From Candidatus Iainarchaeum sp. (GTDB lineage: Archaea; Iainarchaeota; Iainarchaeia; Iainarchaeales; GCA-2688035), in assembly GCA_017610175.1 (NCBI GenBank), contig JAFCCO010000001.1:86213-150212 (forward strand): DNA of 64,000 bases. Direction: 5' to 3'. The translations under genes were made by a program, and so were the position numbers. This document shows, in pieces, positions 57,401-64,000 of the stretch. Positions within the stretch are counted from its first letter, which is position 1. Every line of letters begins with the position of its first letter. The notes beneath the pieces are model-generated. The model saw nothing but the letters and a program-made list of their open reading frames with translations. It did not search any database and had not been told where the DNA came from.

Positions 57401-60400
57401 CTCTGCAATCGGCGCAATATTAACTGTTACAACCTTTGGTTCGTCGCTTCCGCCCGCTCCCTCAATTGAAACCTTTACAAGTCCGCCCTCAACCTGCCCA
57501 AGCACTACCTTGAGGTTGTTGTTTTGCCTTGAGGTTACTGTTCTTTCCTCTCCTTCTTTGAACAGCTTTGTTGCAAATATTTCTGCGGCGTCCTTTAGCT
57601 TGCTTTCCTCATACCATGCAAGGCCAAGCCAGCTTTCATAGTGTTCGTTCTTTGTGTATTTTTCGTCGAACGGCAGGAAGTTTGGAACGTTTTGCACCTT
57701 GTTTTCACATTCAGGCGTTACTGTCCTGTCCTGTGTCTGGTTTATGTTTACTAGAATCGTTTGCCCGTCAAGCAAAATCTCGTCATTCAGGACCTGGAAT
57801 GCCCCATCAAACCTGACAGTGTATTTTCCGCATCCCTTGAATTGCCCTCCAAGGTGCACTACCCCGAAGTCAAAGCCGGTAAGTTCCCCTACATCCTGCC
57901 CCTCCAGCTGCTTTGTGCCCTGTGATACGTGGCTGAATGTTTTTAGTTCAGTGAGTGACCTTGCCTGCATTTCGTGCTCTACAACATCTTCCGTCATGTG
58001 GTCGAGCTGCATGTACACAGCCATTGGCTGCAGTCCGAGGCCAAGGCTTGCAAATGTGCAGTAACTTTTGCCTGCACAGCCGGGGAAATTCTTTGCGTTG
58101 TTTTCTCCCCTGTGAATCTTGTCCTTTGCCCTCTTTAATGTGGTGTCAAGCTCTTTTAGCAGGTATTCGGCAAGTTCTTTTGCATCACAGTATCCCTGTG
58201 TGCAGTCGCTGCTGAGTTTTGGGAATGTGACCTTTACTTTTCTGTCTTCGCCGCAAACCTTTACATCTTTTTCAACTGTTGCCTTTCCCTCTTTGGTGTC
58301 CGCTTTTTCGCCGATGTCAATCGAAATCGGGAGCTGGTTTGATTCAACAAACTTTTGGGTGTTTACCATCAGTCCAACGGCCTTAACTTTGATTGTCCTG
58401 AATCTTGTTTCCTTTGCAACCGCAAGCTGCAGCCTTACAGTTTGCGCCTGCTTTGCCTGGAGTGTAAAGTCGCTTGGCACAAGTGAAAGTGTATTGCCCT
58501 GCACTTGCTTGGGGTCAATTGTCCTGACCCTTACAGGTTCCGCACAGTTGTTTTTCAGCACAACTTCCTTGAATTGGGTTCCGTAAGTTGATTTGCTTGC
58601 AAAGTTCAGTGCGGTTGTTGCGCTTAATTCAAGGCAGTTGTATCCGCCGTAATTTACCGCAACGGCTGTTTTTCCAAGCGGGTATCTTCTTCCCATGACA
58701 ACGCCGTGGAATGAAACCAGTCCTGTTGCGGGCTGTGCAAATGCGTCGTCCTTTGCAAACTCTGCCTTAACATATCTTGTCGGGCTAAGCTGCTGCCCCG
58801 GGTTTATTGTTGCGCGGTCTACGGAGTACGGGAGAAGGTCAACGCGAAGTCCCGGGTAGTTCCTGTATGTTTCGTCCTCCATTGCCATCTGGAAGGATGT
58901 TATTGGCGTTTGTCCTGTGTTGCTTATGAACAGCGGCCTGTTCCCAATTGCTCTCGGGTCTGTTGGCCCGCGGGCAAGCCAGATTGAAAGGTTTGGCGGG
59001 AAGCCAAGGCTAAACCTTGGGTTCCACACTTCAACCATTGCGGGAATGCTTTTGCTTACCTTGCTTGATTCAAATGTTATGTTGAATGCGAACGGCCTGT
59101 TTAGCGAGTACATTCTTTCAATAGTGTTTGTTGCGGTGACCTTTACAACCTCGCTTTCCCCTGCCTTAATTGTGGCCGGAGTTGCTGTGAGCCTGAGGTT
59201 GGGGTCGTTGTTTTTGTTGTCAACCTTTGCGGTTAGTGAAACGTCTTCCTCACACTTGTTTTCAATTTCCAGTTCTTCTGTAGTTGAACTGCCTGCCCTG
59301 CCGATTAGTTTGAGGCGCACTTCCCTTTTGTCAAACCTTATGCAGTCTGAGTCAAGCTTTTTGTTGTAGTCAATTATGACTGTTGTTTTTGTTTTGGTCG
59401 GGAACTTTCCCGCAACGCTTCCTGTTATTTCAACTTCAAGCTCTCCGTGCAGGCTTTCCTGGCTGTCTTCCTCAAGGTCAACGTCAACGTTTACCGTAAC
59501 CCTCCCGTCCTGTCCCTGGTTAAGTGAAGGGGGCAGTTCAATGGTTACATAGAATTCATTCGGGAAGTCGTTTGGCTTAATAAGTTCGTATGTGATGTTT
59601 GAAACCTCTTCGCTTGAGAGGTTTTTGAGTGTTGCGTTTGCGGTTCCGGACGGCTGGTTTTCCTCGACCTTGATTTTAATCTTGTCCTTTATTTCCAGCA
59701 GGTTGTCCTGTGCGATAAGTATTTCTGTTTCCGCAGGGGCATAGCCCTCTGCAACCGCCTCAAGCTTGTATGCGCCTGGGTCAAACGTGTTTTTGAACTT
59801 GTATTGCCCTGACAGGCCCTTTCCGTTGCTTGCGTTCCCTGCAATTGAGTGGACTAAACTGTCCTGTGAGTCGCGCAGGTGCAGTATTGCGTTGGAAACA
59901 AATTCAACGCTTTCCTCGTCCCTTACTGTTACCGTAAAGTCTTGGCCTGGTGAGATGCTTTCAGGGGACACATCGAGCGCAAGTGTTTTTACTGTGCTAA
60001 TGTCAAAGAAAAAATCCCTGTTTATTACAGTGCTTCCTGCAATTGCCTGTGTGTTTATGAACGCCTGGCCTGCCGTTTCTGTTTTGAAGTATACTCTGAT
60101 TTTTCTTTCCTGCCCTTCCGGGATTGAAATGTTGGGGATTGTAAGTGAGGTGTTTCTGCTTTCGTTTTCCTCAAATCCGTACGGGTTTGTTTCAAGTTCT
60201 GAGTCAGGAACTGTTCCAATGGGGAAATCCTCCAAGTAGCCCTGTGATGAAATGTCTGTGTCCGCTTCGGGGAGTTCCCCAATTTCTTCGGTTGAAGGCA
60301 TGTTTTCAAATGTGTCAATGTCGTATCCTGTGAAGAAAAGCAGGGGCATGGTTTTGCTTGTGTCAAGCTTGAGTGTTGCGGTAACAAATGTTTCTGCCCT

Positions 60401-62863
60401 CAGGTCAATTTCAAGGGCGTATGTTTCCCCCTCCATGGGCTTGAAGTCTGTTTCATCTATGAATTCTCCGTTAATTCCAACAAAGCGGTATGAAGTGCAC
60501 AAATTGCCTTCGCACAATGCCTCCGACTCAAACAGTTCAATTGTTTCAGTGAAAGTTTCCGCATAGAGCGGGGTTTTGTTGCTTGAGAAGAGAAGCTCTC
60601 CGAGTTCTGAATCAAGCGGGTTTCTGAAATAGTTTCCGCCAACAACGTTCCATATCCTGTAGTGCACCTCAAATTCGGGGCTAAGCATTATGTCTTCTGC
60701 TTTGATTTTTATTTTTGCAATTATGGTTTCTGGCGGTGCATCAAAGTAGAGCTCAATCCATTTGTTGGGTTCGCCTGCCCTGCCCTCATTTTGCATGTCT
60801 GCGCTTTCATGGCCCGGAGCCGGTTGTGGCTGGTAGCTTTTTCCAAAGCGGTAGTCTGATGAAACGGCGTCAAAGCCAACTATTCCAATTTCCTGCGAGT
60901 CAATGAATGCTATTGCGTCTGAACCCACCCTTGCGTGGAATCCTGCTTTAGGGGTTCCCTCAGGGAACTGGAGCCTGAACCTAAGCCAGTAATAGTCGCC
61001 CTTTGAAATTCCCTCGACCTTTTCGTTGCTGCTGTTGAATATTCCCTCAAACTCAACCAGGGGCGCAAGTGAATCAACCTCTTCTTCGTCACCCAAGTCA
61101 ATTTGGATTGTTGTTTCCCCTTCAAGGTTTACCTGTTCTGTATAAGTGTTTCCCTCTTCGTCGGTAACTTCAACGTTCACGCGAGAGTTTCCAAGCGAAT
61201 CAAAGAAGACCTTTCCGTCAATTATTGGGCCGTCGAAAAGCAGGTCCCCGTTCAGTGAAGTTATTCTAACCGTTCCGTTTGCGGGGTTTCCGTCCGCATC
61301 CAGGATTGAAAGTTCAATAATTGTAACAACGCGCAGGAGTTCAATCTTTATTTCGTTGCTTACCCCTGATCTTGCGGTTGTTTCCCCACTTCCCTCTTCA
61401 AAGTTTTTCTTTGCCTCCACAAAGACAACTATGTCTGTGGGGGTTGTGATGCGGGCAAATCCGCTTAAGTCCGATGTTCCGTTTGGAACTCCGAGGGGAA
61501 GGGTTGCGTCGTCAATTTTTTCCCAGTAAAGTAGGTCTGCCCCGTTTGCGGCACCGAGTGTTGAGTCAATCACATAAATGTCAACAAATGCGCTGTTTAA
61601 TCCGTCCGTGCTTTCCAGAATAAGGGCTGTGCTCTCTGTTTCAGCCACATTCACCTGTTTTCTTATGGGCAGGTAGCCGTCTTTCCATCCTGTCACATAG
61701 TATATTCCGCCGTTCAAATCCTGGAAGTCGATTGCCCCCCCAAGGCCTGTTATGCCGGAGTCAATTAAGTTGTTTTCAGTATCAAACAGCATCACTTCAA
61801 CGTCTTTGAGGGGAATGTTTCCGCCAGCAAATGTAAGCACTGTTAGCTTTTCTCCGCCTCTTCGCAAAATTATGTTTCTTGTTTCCTCATCCTGCCTTAG
61901 TGTAAAGCTTTCTTCTTCAACCTGTGAGTCATAGCGCAGGAACCCGTCTTTTTTCACTGAGATTCTTACACTTGTTCCCTTATCTACTCCAAAAGTATGT
62001 TCGCCGTTTTCGGATATTTCCTGGAAAATTATGCTGTCGTTTGAATTGTCCCTGATTGTGATTTCCACATCGCTAACAAGGTTGTTTTCCTCGTCTTTTA
62101 CTGTAATGTGGAGCTGGCTTTTTCCCTGGAGCGAAATGCTCTTCGGGCTCATTCTCAGTGTCTTGTTTTCTTTTTCTGTAAACTCAAAATTCTGGCTGAT
62201 GATTTCGTAGGGGTCTGCTTCAACCTTAATGTTTACAGGGATTCCCTCCGGAACTCCGGTGACTGAAACAAATCCTGAAGCGTCACTGTATCCTTCTATT
62301 GAGAAATCGCGCCATTGTGCCAGAACATGTGCGTTTGCTATTGCGTCCCCGGTTAATTTGTCTACAACGGTTACTGATGCTTCAATGCTTTTAATTATCT
62401 GCTTTAGCTGCAGGGAAACTTCATTGCCCTCATCGGCTTTTACTGTAAGCGTGTATGTGGCGGGTTCAAAGCCGTCCTTTTCCCCCATAATTTTGAGAAC
62501 AGAACCAACCCTTATGTTTTGCAGTGTTACTTCGCCCCCGTCTCCAACGGTCTTCTCCTCAATTAAGCCGCCTCCGTGGTCCGTTACCGTTACGCGCACT
62601 CCGCTTAGTGAGTCGCTGAACTGGTTCTGGATTTGGAACGAGATTGTCGGGTTTACCGCTGTTCCAAATGCGGCGAATGCAAAAAGCCCCATTATTAAAA
62701 GAAATAAGATAGCAACAGTGAATGGAAAGGAAGGAACTCCCTTGTCCTCGAGAAAATCGTTGTATGCATAAACAGGCATGCCCTTGGCGTCAAGGAAGTC
62801 AAGCAGGTTGTAGTACTTGTCCTCCAAGCCTGTGTAAACTTCTGAAAGCTTTTCCCCGATCAT
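54419..62863 (-). CDS. Giant membrane-anchored surface protein, paralog 1 (2814 aa)
   Basis: Same N-motif and arm. Late hydrophobic segments flank a charged domain, followed by DGxDNDGDxxxDE Ca-binding-like repeats. Confidence 0.9.
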   Translation of the reverse strand: MIGEKLSEVYTGLEDKYYNLLDFLDAKGMPVYAYNDFLEDKGVPSFPFTVAILFLLIMGLFAFAAFGTAVNPTISFQIQNQFSDSLSGVRVTVTDHGGGLIEEKTVGDGGEVTLQNIRVGSVLKIMGEKDGFEPATYTLTVKADEGNEVSLQLKQIIKSIEASVTVVDKLTGDAIANAHVLAQWRDFSIEGYSDASGFVSVTGVPEGIPVNIKVEADPYEIISQNFEFTEKENKTLRMSPKSISLQGKSQLHITVKDEENNLVSDVEITIRDNSNDSIIFQEISENGEHTFGVDKGTSVRISVKKDGFLRYDSQVEEESFTLRQDEETRNIILRRGGEKLTVLTFAGGNIPLKDVEVMLFDTENNLIDSGITGLGGAIDFQDLNGGIYYVTGWKDGYLPIRKQVNVAETESTALILESTDGLNSAFVDIYVIDSTLGAANGADLLYWEKIDDATLPLGVPNGTSDLSGFARITTPTDIVVFVEAKKNFEEGSGETTARSGVSNEIKIELLRVVTIIELSILDADGNPANGTVRITSLNGDLLFDGPIIDGKVFFDSLGNSRVNVEVTDEEGNTYTEQVNLEGETTIQIDLGDEEEVDSLAPLVEFEGIFNSSNEKVEGISKGDYYWLRFRLQFPEGTPKAGFHARVGSDAIAFIDSQEIGIVGFDAVSSDYRFGKSYQPQPAPGHESADMQNEGRAGEPNKWIELYFDAPPETIIAKIKIKAEDIMLSPEFEVHYRIWNVVGGNYFRNPLDSELGELLFSSNKTPLYAETFTETIELFESEALCEGNLCTSYRFVGINGEFIDETDFKPMEGETYALEIDLRAETFVTATLKLDTSKTMPLLFFTGYDIDTFENMPSTEEIGELPEADTDISSQGYLEDFPIGTVPDSELETNPYGFEENESRNTSLTIPNISIPEGQERKIRVYFKTETAGQAFINTQAIAGSTVINRDFFFDISTVKTLALDVSPESISPGQDFTVTVRDEESVEFVSNAILHLRDSQDSLVHSIAGNASNGKGLSGQYKFKNTFDPGAYKLEAVAEGYAPAETEILIAQDNLLEIKDKIKIKVEENQPSGTANATLKNLSSEEVSNITYELIKPNDFPNEFYVTIELPPSLNQGQDGRVTVNVDVDLEEDSQESLHGELEVEITGSVAGKFPTKTKTTVIIDYNKKLDSDCIRFDKREVRLKLIGRAGSSTTEELEIENKCEEDVSLTAKVDNKNNDPNLRLTATPATIKAGESEVVKVTATNTIERMYSLNRPFAFNITFESSKVSKSIPAMVEVWNPRFSLGFPPNLSIWLARGPTDPRAIGNRPLFISNTGQTPITSFQMAMEDETYRNYPGLRVDLLPYSVDRATINPGQQLSPTRYVKAEFAKDDAFAQPATGLVSFHGVVMGRRYPLGKTAVAVNYGGYNCLELSATTALNFASKSTYGTQFKEVVLKNNCAEPVRVRTIDPKQVQGNTLSLVPSDFTLQAKQAQTVRLQLAVAKETRFRTIKVKAVGLMVNTQKFVESNQLPISIDIGEKADTKEGKATVEKDVKVCGEDRKVKVTFPKLSSDCTQGYCDAKELAEYLLKELDTTLKRAKDKIHRGENNAKNFPGCAGKSYCTFASLGLGLQPMAVYMQLDHMTEDVVEHEMQARSLTELKTFSHVSQGTKQLEGQDVGELTGFDFGVVHLGGQFKGCGKYTVRFDGAFQVLNDEILLDGQTILVNINQTQDRTVTPECENKVQNVPNFLPFDEKYTKNEHYESWLGLAWYEESKLKDAAEIFATKLFKEGEERTVTSRQNNNLKVVLGQVEGGLVKVSIEGAGGSDEPKVVTVNIAPIAESDLKKLAKEAAEAVSALKSGNIKGCIDPNDPPLYFIIEETEFTEKLYGKLEIKSSFKSLKISNQETCIDVNVTRKIEDEVKFRTSYKDSVNKTGIKAVRIRNSKGDLLYEEKVNGTIGENKSIKLSKQSDKAKLYTAEVQLCAEGDNLFPLAAENIGTIKVWANSIKKDIPNPETDPPFETKIEACGIHPYDLFEKLGNKEPGTYYATLGWRSPPDKIRLKDVIIALHNNKTLDTLGKMVTAPGGSGVPLDKQQVWQDYMQSSRLKGIGMWTAGCVVLDGLASAAVPGIGWIAAGFNILFDCILPGAYMAARETQLGGQVLDSIGGFFTDMWDWVRGEYDISKTQAVPQASAQQTKLGQSYKELEQAQQEWVSESGSRAIKAGVVTSGLRNFVISGRAGMPAGAMISNAAQATKLADAAADYLAEETVKNAFSTGNNPALYQQTVDELATTFRGPLRREFTTTVSRGAASVDDLITGPATRAINDASGDVGTALIERVRRSQMLPNRQLAGMIEPDATDIGRVTRNIETGFTQNVANGTGQRMGSRTISYDAVGRPGSRMVTDYTTDLAKRTASELENSMGPTKYNKMVRDAGFPDSEAFVRDLQGKMRPEVEKTLRANVPEGGATERIQTGKNKWSTKHKPRIIDPDDAARISSDVLDDIGRNGVGPNRIKIGAQVIDDSIDDTIKEAIRKAGTESLDDAGKVIKPGRLKSFFKGIFSWSFAKSMLKGLGIAAAGQLGGYIGSRVYWEGMFSDPLQNPDVPKLSVNLGTIGDGEDNDGDGQTDEEICDGRDNDGDDRVDEDCGSIIDNDLFNGSTYRIDIIERTPKNTVWEIKKVVIGTGPLSFKTMNTLLQTNKAELIEGDCQGKFAQRGVQEMFGPYIISAENARVVGVNRAMFYLKPENTEKILAVQEKHSLDLAVLLTAMFESNTHRMPDFDGQLEAIATELKTMQKDCSTHECTLEKFAQAHKLKADTLNKTFKAWNELPKLKVSSS

Positions 62864-63001
62864 AAAGGCACCAAATTCACTCTTTCCCCTGTTTTAATTA
62901 ACGCACTTTCTCCTTTATTAACCTTATATTCCAACGGAATAGTATTAAGGCTAACTTAAAGAAACTGCAAAGAAGTATTTAAAGCTAATTACTGCGGGGG
63001 T

Positions 63002-63061
63002 TTTGCACTTAAAGTGAAGGTTGCACCTAAAGTTGCCTCAATTCAAGACTTTAAGTGCAAA
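63002..63061. promoter_or_regulatory. Inverted and direct repeat cluster upstream of the giant-protein operon
   Basis: TTTGCACTTAAAGT (63002-63015) and its perfect reverse complement (63048-63061), with an internal copy TTGCACCTAAAGT (63021-63033). Confidence 0.55.
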
Positions 63062-63082
63062 GCCTATTCCGGGCAAAGGGGG

Positions 63083-64000
63083 TCATTGCCTTTTGTAGTA
63101 CCATGCTGCTGCTCCTATGATTAGGAGCACTGCGGCTGCAATTAAAATTGTGTTGTGGTCTTGTTCTTCTGCTGCCTGAATGCGTTGTATTTCAGTGCAT
63201 TCTGCGTTTTTGCATTCTTTTCCGTACCCGCAGTTTGTTCCGTCTGCTACTGGGATGAAGCTGCATTGCCCGTTTATGCAGAATTCGTTTGTGCAGGGTT
63301 CCTGGTCGTCGCAGTCTGCGTCAATTGTGCAGGTGGTTGGTTTTGGGATTACTTCGGTGGCTTCGATTGGGATGGGAGGGGCCCATTCTGATAGTGTTGC
63401 TTGTTCGATTTTCTTTTCCACGAAGTAGGTTACTTCTGTTGTGTTGTTTTTGTTGAGGGTTGGGATTGTGAATTCGATTATTGGGTCTTCTTTTATTACT
63501 TTGAAGGGTGTTTGGGTTTTGATTTGTGATGCTGTTTTGGCGATTTGTTTTGGTATTGTTTCGATTATTTTCACGTTTTTGAGTGTTTTTGTGGTTGTGT
63601 TTTTTGCGTTTATTGTTATTGTGGTTTTGTAGGTTGTTTGGGTGGGAGTGGTTTTTGCTTGGGTTACTTTTACTGTTCTTGTTATGTGTATTTTTTTGAA
63701 TGCTTCGATTGCGTCTTGTTTTGAGATTCCTGTTTCTTCCGCGAGTGTTTGGATTTCTTGTTCTGTTGCTTGTTTTTCAAATGTTTTTTCAAGGATTGTT
63801 TTTTCTTCTATGCATTGCCCGCAGTCTTGTGGGCAGGTTAGGCAGTTTTCTGTGTCTGCGCATGTTCCGTCGCCGCAGGTTGGTTTGCAGTCTGCCGGGC
63901 AGGAAGCAAAGCTTTCTGTTGTTGAGCATATTCCGTCTCCGCATCCAAAGCAGTCTGCCGGGCAGGTGAGGAATGATTCGTTTCCGGTGCATGCTCCGTC
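63083..64000 (-). CDS. Cys-rich surface protein with a C-terminal TM anchor, 5' end outside the window
   Basis: The frame of ORF 63083-63574 stays open to 64000 on manual translation. It has CGDGxCxxxExxxxCPxDC repeats, CxxDxDCDDxxPCT and C-terminal ILIAAAVLLIIGAAAWYYKRQ. Confidence 0.85.
   Translation of the reverse strand, partial: DGACTGNESFLTCPADCFGCGDGICSTTESFASCPADCKPTCGDGTCADTENCLTCPQDCGQCIEEKTILEKTFEKQATEQEIQTLAEETGISKQDAIEAFKKIHITRTVKVTQAKTTPTQTTYKTTITINAKNTTTKTLKNVKIIETIPKQIAKTASQIKTQTPFKVIKEDPIIEFTIPTLNKNNTTEVTYFVEKKIEQATLSEWAPPIPIEATEVIPKPTTCTIDADCDDQEPCTNEFCINGQCSFIPVADGTNCGYGKECKNAECTEIQRIQAAEEQDHNTILIAAAVLLIIGAAAWYYKRQ

Noticed and set aside
29640-62771. Many plus-strand ORFs of 60-295 aa opposite the giant genes
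   Set aside because: They are antisense shadows caused by codon bias (Ser/Phe/Leu-rich, no motifs).

Overview
This is an archaeal chromosomal segment. The archaeal PolB, type II MetAP, intron-less CCA-less tRNAs, GGAGGTGA/GGTGA ribosome-binding sites and many orphan genes suggest a DPANN lineage, possibly Iainarchaeota/Diapherotrites (inference). The left 18 kb holds housekeeping and accessory genes around six minus-strand tRNAs (Glu, Met, Thr, His, Leu, Arg). These include a DEAD-box helicase, two GT2 glycosyltransferases, a degenerate RpiA, a stop-interrupted LAGLIDADG gene, a partial his operon (hisG-hisE fusion, hisI, hisH, hisF, hisA, hisS), trkAH and map. An unannotated box C/D guide RNA (3694-3766) has two 12-nt guides that both match the neighbouring tRNA-Met and predict Cm34. 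From 18 to 25 kb are surface proteins and polB, whose steric-gate Tyr is replaced by His. The right ~37 kb is the most striking part. It has four tandem paralogous giant (2400-2800 aa) N-terminally anchored proteins with Ig-like arms and variable glycine-zipper/helical inserts, a pilin-like protein, five small membrane proteins and a degenerate HerA/VirB4-like protein. This is a candidate undescribed host-attachment or membrane-penetration apparatus. No rRNA, CRISPR array or transposase was seen.
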